From Escherichia coli (GTDB lineage: Bacteria; Pseudomonadota; Gammaproteobacteria; Enterobacterales; Enterobacteriaceae), in NCBI RefSeq assembly GCF_044647545.1, contig NZ_CP172818.1: a stretch of 64,000 nucleotides of DNA, one strand, 5' to 3'. This document shows positions 12,414 through 21,379 of this stretch, piece by piece (the stretch's first letter is position 1; each line of letters opens with the position of its first letter). Position numbers and translations under genes: made by a program. The notes under the pieces are model-generated. The model made no database searches. It worked only from the letters and a program-made list of their open reading frames with translations, and was not told the DNA's origin.

Positions 12414-12689
12414 TCAGATTTCACCTTTTAATTTCATTGCAATTAGAGTTGCCAGAAATTCGGCTTTTTTTTCTGCGGGCAGATTCTTTCCGATATGCAC
12501 CAGGCACATTTTTTTGACACCTTCATCAAGTGTTTTTACGTTGCCTGATGGACCATCGATATCAACCACAGTGAATGGGGTTTCTTTATTTTCTGTTTTA
12601 ATTACGTAGCCAATGCGCTTTCCTTCCAGATTCACCTCGTGAACAATGTCATCGGTAGTTACAACAGTGGCTTCATAATTGGTAATCAT
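12414..12689 (-). CDS. racC: Rac prophage protein RacC
   Basis: 91-aa product (MITNYEATVV...) within ORF 12414..12737. Confidence 0.8.
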   Translation of the reverse strand: MITNYEATVVTTDDIVHEVNLEGKRIGYVIKTENKETPFTVVDIDGPSGNVKTLDEGVKKMCLVHIGKNLPAEKKAEFLATLIAMKLKGEI

Positions 12690-12763
12690 GTTTTTCTCCT
12701 TAATTAAGGTTGAGCGAATACCTGCCATTTCTGGCATAAATTCAGTTTCGAATAGTCAATTAA

Positions 12764-12934
12764 TTAAAGTTCATGTGCCATCTGGTCTTTTTCGGCACAA
12801 GCTTCACTGCAATATTTTCTCGGTTCGTCTTTTGATAAAATCCCGTGCATGAAGTGAAGCATTCTTTCAATAGCTTTGCTTTCTTCAACGTCTTTTTTGC
12901 AAAGGTGGTAAGCACATTTTATTTTCTTAGTCAT
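12764..12934 (-). CDS. ydaE: Small Cys-rich zinc-ribbon-like protein (56 aa)
   Basis: Hand translation [56 protein letters not shown]; start overlaps kilR stop (TGATGA); not in ORF track (<60 aa). Confidence 0.7.
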   Translation of the reverse strand: MTKKIKCAYHLCKKDVEESKAIERMLHFMHGILSKDEPRKYCSEACAEKDQMAHEL

Positions 12935-13155
12935 CACCATGACTCCGCCTTTACAGGTAAACCATCACGACCGAGGAAGACTTTAATCATGCGGTCAGTA
13001 ATGAATGTTTTTGTGGTCAGGTTACGAATATATAGTTTTCGCTTTTTAATATTGTTTGCCGAGGCAATATATGTCCGGCCTTCATGAAGAACATAATCGC
13101 CAGGAGTCACACACTGACGTGGTATTTCATCAGTTCCGAAGTGATGTGCAATCAT
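12934..13155 (-). CDS. kilR: Cell division inhibitor KilR (FtsZ inhibitor)
   Basis: 73-aa product ([14 protein letters not shown]...) within ORF 12934..13167. Confidence 0.85.
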
Positions 13156-13596
13156 AATTATCTCCATTTTTACAAATGAACTTTGTTGATGCGGTGTCTG
13201 GTGCCTCCAGGTGACTGCAACCAGTTAACAATTACAGTCGGCTTTCCCACCCAAACCAATAAGGACTAACATGACTTTTAACTGTGCCACGTGCGCTTAG
13301 CCGCATTCACCGCATCACAAAATTCACTTTAAAAAGGGCGGACATCAGCCGAACTTCAAGAAAAAAACTGATGCCGCCAGGACTACACACAGCAATGTCG
13401 TTATTTACAACCGGAGGCGCACTCCCACCATTTAAATTTAACAGACAAGACCGACTCTTTATGGATATCGGAAATGCGCCTTCGTGTTGTGCCCGGTTTT
13501 ATTTCACCACCTCCGGGCTTCGGTGGTCTCGGCTATACCCCTACAGCGAGAGCTTGTGTTAACATTTCAATACCCTTACAGTTGAGAGTTATTGAT

Positions 13597-14085
13597 ATGT
13601 TGGATGTATTTACTCCATTGTTGAAACTTTTTGCTAACGAGCCACTCGAAAGACTTATGTATACGATTATCATTTTTGGTCTCACTCTCTGGCTGATACC
13701 GAAAGAGTTTACTGTCGCATTCAATGCTTATACTGAAATACCTTGGCTCTTTCAGATTATCGTTTTTGCCTTTTCTTTCGTGGTCGCCATTTCCTTCTCA
13801 AGATTGCGAGCACATATTCAAAAGCATTATTCATTACTACCAGAGCAACGAGTATTGCTTCGTTTATCTGAGAAAGAAATCGCTGTATTTAAAGATTTCC
13901 TTAAAACAGGAAATCTTATTATCACTTCTCCTTGCCGTAACCCGGTTATGAAAAAATTAGAACGGAAGGGCATCATTCAACATCAGAGTGATAGCGCAAA
14001 CTGTTCTTATTATCTCGTCACCGAAAAATACTCCCATTTTATGAAGTTATTCTGGAACAGCAGGAGTAGACGTTTTAATCGTTAG
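13597..14085 (+). CDS. sieB: Superinfection exclusion protein SieB
   Basis: 162-aa membrane protein from internal ATG (MLDVFTPLLK...) of ORF 13474..14085. Confidence 0.85.
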   Translation: MLDVFTPLLKLFANEPLERLMYTIIIFGLTLWLIPKEFTVAFNAYTEIPWLFQIIVFAFSFVVAISFSRLRAHIQKHYSLLPEQRVLLRLSEKEIAVFKDFLKTGNLIITSPCRNPVMKKLERKGIIQHQSDSANCSYYLVTEKYSHFMKLFWNSRSRRFNR

Positions 14086-14237
14086 CTTACTGTGTGCTTC
14101 TCCAACCATCGGCGCGCACCAGTTTCGGTTTTAAATGTTTTGCTTTTGGTATACGTCATGGCAGTGAACGTTCCATCCTGGTTGGGGAACACGCCGCACA
14201 CCAGGGATTCGTTGTTGCCGAGGTCGATTTTTTGCAT
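14082..14237 (-). CDS. ydaF: Small prophage protein (51 aa)
   Basis: Hand translation MQKIDLGNNESLVCGVFPNQDGTFTAMTYTKSKTFKTETGARRWLEKHTVS; stop overlaps sieB stop convergently. Confidence 0.55.
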   Translation of the reverse strand: MQKIDLGNNESLVCGVFPNQDGTFTAMTYTKSKTFKTETGARRWLEKHTVS

Positions 14238-14247
14238 TTTGCGAATC

Positions 14248-14382
14248 TCACATCTTGTTGCTACGTATAGCGACTTCTGCCTGCCAGAGATCCCAGTCGT
14301 TGCTGCGTAAAGCCTGCACAGCCTGGTTGTAAGTGATACCGCAACAATCCATCAAATACTGAACTACTTCGTAATGCACCAT
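14248..14382 (-). CDS. ydaG: Small prophage protein (44 aa)
   Basis: Hand translation MVHYEVVQYLMDCCGITYNQAVQALRSNDWDLWQAEVAIRSNKM. Confidence 0.55.
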   Translation of the reverse strand: MVHYEVVQYLMDCCGITYNQAVQALRSNDWDLWQAEVAIRSNKM

Positions 14383-14572
14383 CTTATCTCTCCCCTTAAC
14401 GCCGGGTGGCGGAACTAACTGCTGCACTGCAAAATTTGAATCCCGCCGTCATGTTCATACGCCTCGGGCTGGCTACTTAACCCCTTACCACTGCCTGGTA
14501 ACTCGAAGTATTGCCCGGCGTTCTGTGGGGCGGGGTGGGTGGTATGCTGGAACTATAGGTAATGCCTAATTG

Positions 14573-14596
14573 ATTGTCAATAGGCTATGCCTAATG
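14573..14596. promoter_or_regulatory. Operator-like 24-bp element distal to racR, inverted copy of 15219..15242
   Basis: attgtcaataggctatgcctaatg; 23/24 identical to reverse complement of 15219..15242; surrounded by extra GCCTAAT motifs. Confidence 0.4.
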
Positions 14597-14690
14597 TTTT
14601 GAGCGTAACCTAATAGGTGATGGCGACAGCAGAAAGTGATGGGGGGGTTAAATAACGGAATCCAGGAGTTTTCCGTCAGACCATATAAGT

Positions 14691-15167
14691 TTAAGTTCCA
14701 GTTTTTGTGATGTTCTGGCTTTTCCGTTCAGATTCAAGAGCTTTCAGATACTTACCCACTTTCATTTCCATCGCTGCTATGTAGGCGCGAACATCGTGGT
14801 CAACCCAATCTGGTTCTGTAGCATTTCCAGATAACAGGAAAGCTACAATCGCTCTTATTTCATCAGAGGCTGCTTGATAAAGGTTGTTTATATCTAAAAG
14901 TTCACTTTTTGTATCTGAATTGGTGGGGGTTGGTATGGGGTATTCGTTAAGCCCCCAATGCTCTGGACCAACAACATCAGAAAAGAAACGCCATAATTCT
15001 GGAAGTTTATCTTTACTTATAGAGCCTTTCTTAATCCAGTCATAAATTGATGGTGGTTGGACTTTAAAGTGGCGTGCGACCTCCGCCTTTGATTTGACGG
15101 ATCCCGATGCGATTTTTTTGTTAATGGCCTGCTCTATCGCTCGGCCTAAGTCTTTACCACTAAGCAT
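14691..15167 (-). CDS. racR: Prophage repressor RacR (CI-like)
   Basis: 158-aa ORF with N-terminal HTH-like region; divergent from ydaS. Confidence 0.9.
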   Translation of the reverse strand: MLSGKDLGRAIEQAINKKIASGSVKSKAEVARHFKVQPPSIYDWIKKGSISKDKLPELWRFFSDVVGPEHWGLNEYPIPTPTNSDTKSELLDINNLYQAASDEIRAIVAFLLSGNATEPDWVDHDVRAYIAAMEMKVGKYLKALESERKSQNITKTGT

Positions 15168-15218
15168 TGCTTAATATTCTCCTATGCGCATTACATTAGG
15201 CAATCCCTACCCTTACTG

Positions 15219-15242
15219 CATTAGGCACAGCCTATTGACAAT
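15219..15242. promoter_or_regulatory. Operator-like element in racR-ydaS divergent promoter region
   Basis: cattaggcacagcctattgacaat plus nearby palindrome ttaggcgtcgcctaa (15247..15261). Confidence 0.45.
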
Positions 15243-15290
15243 TGCGTTAGGCGTCGCCTAATATTTCTGTGTGTTTTTGGAGTTCATTCG

Positions 15291-15587
15291 ATGAAAAAAG
15301 AGAACTATTCATTCAAGCAAGCTTGTGCTGTTGTCGGTGGGCAATCAGCAATGGCTAGGCTTTTAGGTGTATCACCTCCAAGCGTAAATCAATGGATCAA
15401 AGGGGTACGTCAATTGCCTGCCGAGAGATGTCCAGCAATTGAACGTGCAACAAGAGGTGAGGTTCTGTGCGAAGAACTTCGTCCTGATATTGACTGGTCA
15501 TATTTACGACGTTCGGCATGTTGTTCGCAGAATATGTCAGTGAAGCAACTAAATGACAGTAACAAATCCTCATTTGATCATACCTGA
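15291..15587 (+). CDS. ydaS: Cro-like HTH protein YdaS
   Basis: 98 aa; HTH (QACAVVGGQSAMARLLGVSPPSVNQW). Confidence 0.88.
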   Translation: MKKENYSFKQACAVVGGQSAMARLLGVSPPSVNQWIKGVRQLPAERCPAIERATRGEVLCEELRPDIDWSYLRRSACCSQNMSVKQLNDSNKSSFDHT

Positions 15588-15609
15588 AACATCAAGAGGC
15601 AAATGATTC

Positions 15610-16032
15610 ATGAAAATCAAGCATGAGCACATCGAATCAGTGTTGTTTGCCCTAGCAGCCGAAAAAGGGCAGGCATGGGTAGCCAATGCAATTACTGAAG
15701 AATATCTGCGCCAGGGGGGCGGCGAATTGCCCCTGGTTCCAGGCAAGGACTGGAACAATCAGCAGAATATCTATCACCGTTGGTTGAAAGGTGAAACGAA
15801 AACGCAAAGAGAAAAAATTCAGAAGCTGATCCCAGCAATTCTGGCAATCCTTCCGCGCGAGCTGCGTCACCGACTCTGCATCTTCGATACCCTGGAACGC
15901 CGTGCATTACTGGCGGCGCAGGAAGCGTTAAGTACGGCAATTGATGCGCATGATGATGCAGTCCAAGCCGTTTACCGGAAAGCGCATTTCAGCGGCGGCG
16001 GTTCTTCCGACGATTCTGTCATTGTTCATTAA
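15610..16032 (+). CDS. ydaT: Rac prophage protein YdaT
   Basis: 140-aa ORF immediately downstream of ydaS. Confidence 0.88.
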   Translation: MKIKHEHIESVLFALAAEKGQAWVANAITEEYLRQGGGELPLVPGKDWNNQQNIYHRWLKGETKTQREKIQKLIPAILAILPRELRHRLCIFDTLERRALLAAQEALSTAIDAHDDAVQAVYRKAHFSGGGSSDDSVIVH

Positions 16033-16044
16033 GCAAAAGTTTCC

Positions 16045-16902
16045 ATGCTGTTTGTGCTTATTCTAAGCCACCGGGCAGCATCATACGGGGCAATTATGGC
16101 CGCATTACCATACATGCAACTGTACATAGCTGATTACCTGGCTGACACCATGCATTTGTCAGCAGAGGAGCATGGTGCGTATTTGTTGCTGATGTTCAAT
16201 TACTGGCAAACAGGAAAGCCAATACCTAAAAACAGGCTGGCAAAAATTGCCCGTCTGACTAACGAGCGATGGGCTGATGTTGAACCATCCTTGCAGGAGT
16301 TTTTTTGCGATAACGGCGAGGAATGGGTGCATCTTCGGATTGAGGAAGATCTGGCATCAGTCAGGGAAAAATTAACCAAAAAATCAGCCGCAGGAAAAGC
16401 ATCTGTTCAGGCCAGAAGAAGCAGAAAGGAAGCAGATGTTCAAACAAAACAAGAGAGAAATTTAACAGGTGTTCAAACAGATGTTGAAGTGGTGTTTGAA
16501 CATGATGTCAACACAAAGGCAACTAATAAAGATACAGATAAAGATCTAAAAACAGATCCCCCCCTAAATCCCCCCCGGGGGAATCGAGGTGTCAAAAAGT
16601 TTGACCCTCTGGATATTACTTTGCCGAACTGGATTTCTGTCTCGCTTTGGCGTGAGTGGGTTGAATTTCGCCAGGCATTGCGAAAACCGATTCGAACGGA
16701 GCAGGGCGCTAACGGGGCGATACGGGAGCTGGAAAAATTCCGCCAGCAGGGTTTTTCACCTGAGCAGGTGATTCGACACAGCATCGCCAATGAATACCAG
16801 GGCTTGTTCGCGCCGAAAGGTGTTCGACCTGAGACGTTACTCCGACAGGTTAACACCGTCTCGTTACCGGATAGTGCGATCCCGCCAGGCTTCAGGGGGT
16901 AA
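16045..16902 (+). CDS. ydaU: Replication initiation protein (lambda O-like role), YdaU
   Basis: 285 aa; internal iteron-like repeats and AT-rich segment in mid-gene. Confidence 0.8.
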   Translation: MLFVLILSHRAASYGAIMAALPYMQLYIADYLADTMHLSAEEHGAYLLLMFNYWQTGKPIPKNRLAKIARLTNERWADVEPSLQEFFCDNGEEWVHLRIEEDLASVREKLTKKSAAGKASVQARRSRKEADVQTKQERNLTGVQTDVEVVFEHDVNTKATNKDTDKDLKTDPPLNPPRGNRGVKKFDPLDITLPNWISVSLWREWVEFRQALRKPIRTEQGANGAIRELEKFRQQGFSPEQVIRHSIANEYQGLFAPKGVRPETLLRQVNTVSLPDSAIPPGFRG

Positions 16903-16908
16903 CTGACC

Positions 16909-17655
16909 ATGAAAAATATTGCGACAGGCGATGTTCTTGAACGTATCCGCAGACTGGCCCCGTCACATGTAACCGCGCCATTCAAGACGGTAGCGGAGTG
17001 GCGCGAGTGGCAACTTTCCGAAGGCCAGAAACGTTGTGAGGAGATCAACCGTCAGAATCGTCAGTTGCGGGTGGAAAAAATTCTGAATCGCTCTGGCATC
17101 CAGCCATTGCACCGCAAATGCTCGTTTTCGAATTACCAGGTGCAGAACGAAGGGCAGCGATACGCGTTGAGTCAGGCGAAATCCATCGCTGATGAACTGA
17201 TGACCGGGTGTACAAATTTTGCGTTCAGCGGAAAACCTGGTACCGGGAAGAACCACTTAGCGGCAGCTATCGGGAATCGCCTGCTGAAAGACGGTCAGAC
17301 AGTGATTGTGGTTACCGTGGCTGATGTTATGAGTGCCCTGCACGCCAGCTATGACGATGGGCAGTCAGGCGAAAAATTTTTGCGGGAACTGTGCGAAGTG
17401 GATCTGCTGGTTCTTGATGAAATTGGCATTCAGCGCGAGACGAAAAACGAGCAGGTGGTACTGCACCAGATTGTTGATCGCCGGACAGCGTCGATGCGCA
17501 GCGTGGGGATGCTGACAAACCTGAACTATGAGGCCATGAAAACATTGCTCGGCGAGCGGATTATGGATCGCATGACCATGAACGGCGGGCGATGGGTGAA
17601 TTTTAACTGGGAGAGCTGGCGTCCGAATGTCGTCCAGCCAGGAATTGCGAAGTAA
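16909..17655 (+). CDS. ydaV: DnaC-like helicase loader YdaV
   Basis: 248 aa; Walker [16 protein letters not shown], Walker B LLVLDEIG. Confidence 0.88.
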   Translation: MKNIATGDVLERIRRLAPSHVTAPFKTVAEWREWQLSEGQKRCEEINRQNRQLRVEKILNRSGIQPLHRKCSFSNYQVQNEGQRYALSQAKSIADELMTGCTNFAFSGKPGTGKNHLAAAIGNRLLKDGQTVIVVTVADVMSALHASYDDGQSGEKFLRELCEVDLLVLDEIGIQRETKNEQVVLHQIVDRRTASMRSVGMLTNLNYEAMKTLLGERIMDRMTMNGGRWVNFNWESWRPNVVQPGIAK

Positions 17656-17677
17656 TTTTTACCGGGAGAAAAATTTA

Positions 17678-18199
17678 ATGGAGACTGTTTTTGACGCACT
17701 GAAAGCAATGGGAAAAGCCACATCCATAGAACTTGCTGCGCGACTTGATATCAGTCGTGAAGAAGTGCTGAACGAACTATGGGAACTGAAAAAGGCTGGT
17801 TTTGTTGATAAAAGCGCGTACACCTGGCGTGTGGCTGATAACAATGTTCAGCAGGAACAGCCAGCGCAGGCAGAACTGCCGGAAGAAATCACCACAGCAA
17901 CAGTAGCGAAAATCTCAGAGTGCGATTTAACCGCGACGATTGAACAACGAGGACCACAAACGGCTGATGAGCTGGCTACATTGTTTGGTACCACATCACG
18001 CAAAGTGGCTTCAACGCTGGCAATGGCAATCAGCAAAGGTCGTCTGATTCGCGTAAATCAGGGCGGTAAATTTCGTTACTGCATACCGGGCGATAATTTA
18101 CCAGCAGAGCCGAAAGCAGCATCGGTATCTCCGCTCTGGTTATCTGCATCATCGTCTGCCTGTCATGGGCTGTTAATCATTACCGTGATAACGCCATGA
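17678..18199 (+). CDS. ydaW: Putative winged-helix DNA-binding protein YdaW (possibly remnant)
   Basis: ATG with gggag SD at 17678; 3' end overlaps Rz-like frame. Confidence 0.5.
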   Translation: METVFDALKAMGKATSIELAARLDISREEVLNELWELKKAGFVDKSAYTWRVADNNVQQEQPAQAELPEEITTATVAKISECDLTATIEQRGPQTADELATLFGTTSRKVASTLAMAISKGRLIRVNQGGKFRYCIPGDNLPAEPKAASVSPLWLSASSSACHGLLIITVITP

Positions 18200-18570
18200 C
18201 CTACAAAGAGCAGCGCGATAAAAAAGTCAGTGAGCTGAAGCAGGCGACTGCCACCATTACTGACATGCAGCAGCGCCAGCGTACTGCTGATGCACTTGAT
18301 GCTAAATACACGAAGGAGTTAGCTGATGCGAAAGCTGAAAATGATGCTCTGCGTGATGATGTTGCCGCTGGTCGTCGTCGGTTGCACATCAAAGCAGTCT
18401 GTCAGTCAGTGCGTGAAGCCACCACCGCCTCCGGCGTGGATAATGCAGCCTCCCCCCGACTGGCAGACACCGCTGAACGGGATTATTTCACCCTCCGGGA
18501 ACGACTGGTAATGATGCAGGCCCAACTTGAAGGTGCTCAGCAATACATAACCGAGCAGTGTTTAAAGTAA
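18100..18570 (+). pseudogene. rzpR: Rz-like i-spanin remnant (no ATG at the lambda-Rz-equivalent N-terminus)
   Basis: Frame encoding ...[36 protein letters not shown]... resembles lambda Rz; ORF track lists only 18196..18570. Confidence 0.65.
18326..18511 (+). CDS. rzoR: Rz1-like o-spanin lipoprotein, embedded in rzpR in +1 frame
   Basis: 61 aa; lipobox LVVVGC; proline-rich ([15 protein letters not shown]). Confidence 0.7.
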   Translation: MRKLKMMLCVMMLPLVVVGCTSKQSVSQCVKPPPPPAWIMQPPPDWQTPLNGIISPSGNDW

Positions 18571-18707
18571 AATCTTAACTACAATATGATTCATTTTGAT
18601 GATTGTTTCATAAGGAACAGTGAAGTAAGATCTAAGAGGAGTTAAATTTTATACAGTATAATCATAATATTGCAGCAAGGTGGTTATAATTGAAAGAATA
18701 TTTAGAT

Positions 18708-20165
18708 ATGAATACATCTCATGTAAGAGTTGTTACTCATATGTGTGGGTTCCTGGTTTGGCTCTATAGTCTTTCAATGTTGCCACCAATGGTTGTAGCA
18801 TTGTTTTATAAAGAAAAAAGCCTGTTTGTTTTCTTTATAACTTTCGTTATATTTTTTTGCATTGGTGGCGGAGCGTGGTATACAACTAAGAAATCTGGCA
18901 TTCAATTACGTACCCGTGATGGGTTTATTATAATTGTAATGTTTTGGATTTTGTTTTCTGTTATTAGTGCATTCCCTTTATGGATTGACTCAGAACTTAA
19001 TTTAACGTTCATTGATGCTCTGTTTGAAGGGGTTTCTGGAATAACAACAACAGGAGCAACTGTAATTGATGATGTTAGTTCATTACCTCGGGCATATTTG
19101 TACTATCGGTCACAGTTAAATTTTATAGGTGGTTTAGGAGTTATTGTTCTGGCGGTTGCTGTATTGCCATTATTGGGTATTGGTGGTGCAAAGCTTTATC
19201 AGTCAGAAATGCCGGGGCCATTTAAGGATGACAAACTCACTCCCCGCCTGGCCGATACGTCACGGACACTGTGGATAACTTATTCTTTATTAGGTATTGC
19301 TTGTATTGTCTGTTATAGACTTGCAGGAATGCCTTTGTTTGATGCTATTTGTCACGGGATTTCCACAGTTTCGCTTGGTGGTTTCTCAACTCATAGCGAG
19401 AGTATCGGATATTTTAATAACTATTTGGTTGAGCTGGTGGCTGGTTCTTTTTCCCTGCTATCGGCTTTCAACTTCACTCTTTGGTATATTGTTATTAGCA
19501 GGAAAACGATAAAACCTTTAATCAGAGATATTGAACTTCGTTTCTTTCTGTTAATAGCCTTAGGGGTGATCATTGTTACCTCTTTCCAGGTCTGGCATAT
19601 AGGTATGTATGACTTGCATGGAAGTTTTATTCATTCGTTTTTTCTTGCCAGCTCCATGCTCACTGATAATGGTTTAGCTACGCAGGATTATGCAAGTTGG
19701 CCCACGCACACGATAGTGTTTTTGCTGTTGTCAAGTTTCTTTGGGGGATGTATAGGTTCAACTTGTGGTGGAATTAAGTCACTTCGATTTCTTATACTTT
19801 TCAAACAAAGCAAACACGAGATAAATCAGCTTTCTCATCCCAGAGCGTTGTTGAGTGTAAATGTAGGAGGGAAGATAGTTACAGATCGTGTAATGAGGTC
19901 TGTATGGAGTTTCTTTTTTCTTTATACTCTCTTCACGGTGTTTTTTATACTGGTGTTAAATGGTATGGGATATGATTTTCTTACATCATTTGCAACAGTG
20001 GCTGCATGTATTAATAATATGGGATTAGGTTTTGGGGCTACTGCATCGTCATTCGGAGTGCTTAATGACATTGCAAAATGCTTAATGTGCATAGCTATGA
20101 TTCTTGGTCGCCTTGAAATTTATCCTGTTATTATATTGTTTTCAGGTTTTTTTTGGCGCTCCTAA
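18708..20165 (+). CDS. trkG: Potassium uptake protein TrkG (TrkH paralog)
   Basis: 485 aa from internal ATG (MNTSHVRV); multi-pass membrane protein; AT-rich. Confidence 0.9.
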   Translation: MNTSHVRVVTHMCGFLVWLYSLSMLPPMVVALFYKEKSLFVFFITFVIFFCIGGGAWYTTKKSGIQLRTRDGFIIIVMFWILFSVISAFPLWIDSELNLTFIDALFEGVSGITTTGATVIDDVSSLPRAYLYYRSQLNFIGGLGVIVLAVAVLPLLGIGGAKLYQSEMPGPFKDDKLTPRLADTSRTLWITYSLLGIACIVCYRLAGMPLFDAICHGISTVSLGGFSTHSESIGYFNNYLVELVAGSFSLLSAFNFTLWYIVISRKTIKPLIRDIELRFFLLIALGVIIVTSFQVWHIGMYDLHGSFIHSFFLASSMLTDNGLATQDYASWPTHTIVFLLLSSFFGGCIGSTCGGIKSLRFLILFKQSKHEINQLSHPRALLSVNVGGKIVTDRVMRSVWSFFFLYTLFTVFFILVLNGMGYDFLTSFATVAACINNMGLGFGATASSFGVLNDIAKCLMCIAMILGRLEIYPVIILFSGFFWRS

Positions 20166-20302
20166 TATATGGCTGATTTATAATTGTGAGTTTAATATTA
20201 TGTTGACTCACTCATTGATCCAATACCTAACTTTACCAGCAACACCTCCGTCCCCAGTAGCACTGGCTGCTGGGGTGCGTTTTATTCATAAAGCAAGGCT
20301 GT

Positions 20303-20566
20303 ATGAGCGAGAAATTAAAGATAGTCTATCGCCCATTACAAGAATTGTCACCGTATGCGCACAACGCCAGGACGCACAGTACTGAGCAGGTGGCACAACT
20401 GGTAGAAAGTATTAAGCAATTCGGCTGGACTAATCCGGTGCTGATTGACGAAAAGGGCGAAATTATTGCGGGTCACGGTCGTGTTATGGCGGCTGAAATG
20501 CTCAAAATGGATTCTGTTCCGGTCATTGTTCTGTCTGGCCTGACGGATGAGCAGAAGCAGCGATAA
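20303..20566 (+). CDS. ynaK: ParB-like nuclease-domain fragment protein YnaK
   Basis: 87 aa with ParB N-terminal-like motif (GHGRVMAA). Confidence 0.75.
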   Translation: MSEKLKIVYRPLQELSPYAHNARTHSTEQVAQLVESIKQFGWTNPVLIDEKGEIIAGHGRVMAAEMLKMDSVPVIVLSGLTDEQKQR

Positions 20567-20906
20567 CGATCAGTATCGCTCCCGTAATGCATTAATCCGT
20601 CGCCACATTGAGAAAATGGATGCCAGTTTGCACGTCGGAACGAAGGAGTTTGATATTTCAAAGGTTTCCGAGGTGGATTCTGTTGATGATTTACTCATTG
20701 ATAATGCCGCTCGTTATCTGCTGAAAGACTGGAAAGGGGTTGGTGAACTGGTTAATGGTGTTGAGGTTGCACTGGAATATACGGCAGAACGAGGGATCGC
20801 GCTGCTTAAGCAGAATCCAGAGTTGTACTGGCAGATCCTTGCAGAAGCAGCCAGCATCGCCCAGGGTAAAGAGCAGCAGAAGCAGGATACGATAAAAAAG
20901 CCATAG
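20547..20906 (+). pseudogene. ydaY: Prophage gene remnant YdaY
   Basis: 119-aa ORF overlapping ynaK end; no recognisable complete domain. Confidence 0.5.
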
Positions 20907-20980
20907 CTGCCCAGCGGTGGTTATCGGAGTTCGGGGGAGAAAGGGGGGAAAAGGCAAGATGGAAGCGAGAAAAACTCAGG

Positions 20981-21214
20981 TTGCCACCGATACCGGAACC
21001 AGAAATAGACCCGGTGCTTAAGGAGTTGTTGTACGCCTATTCGGTAATATCCCGTGCCCGACGTTATGCTGGAATGGCTGGGGTGCCTTTGCCTTTATCT
21101 CTGACAGAGATAAATGAATATTTAGCCACTCATCCGGTATTGATTGAGCGCGATGAATTTGAAGCAGTGATCTTTGCACTGGATGACCAGTATTTTCAGG
21201 AGCAGTGTGTGTAG
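20981..21214 (+). CDS. Phage-related small ORF, possible tail-assembly fragment (uncertain)
   Basis: 77-aa ORF immediately upstream of tape-measure fragment. Confidence 0.3.
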   Translation: MPPIPEPEIDPVLKELLYAYSVISRARRYAGMAGVPLPLSLTEINEYLATHPVLIERDEFEAVIFALDDQYFQEQCV

Positions 21215-21379
21215 TTGTTAATTACGTACACTCTGTTACAGAGATGTGATGGTGTCTTTAATTAAATCGATGATGCTCCTGGAGAAAAGCATTGCGTGGC
21301 CTCGTAATCGCTATATCTACTATTATGTCGCCTGAAACCCACTTCGCGGTGGGTTTTTTGTTGTCAGGAGTTTTAATAA

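Noticed and set aside
13474-13596. N-terminal extension of sieB in the 203-aa ORF-track call
   Set aside because: The extension begins at a non-ATG start in a long 5' region; the internal ATG at 13597 (MLDVFTPLLK) gives the expected ~162-aa membrane protein.
16473-17048. 191-aa minus-strand ORF overlapping ydaU/ydaV
   Set aside because: It is antisense to two well-supported replication genes, is Ser/Arg-rich, and has no plausible start context.
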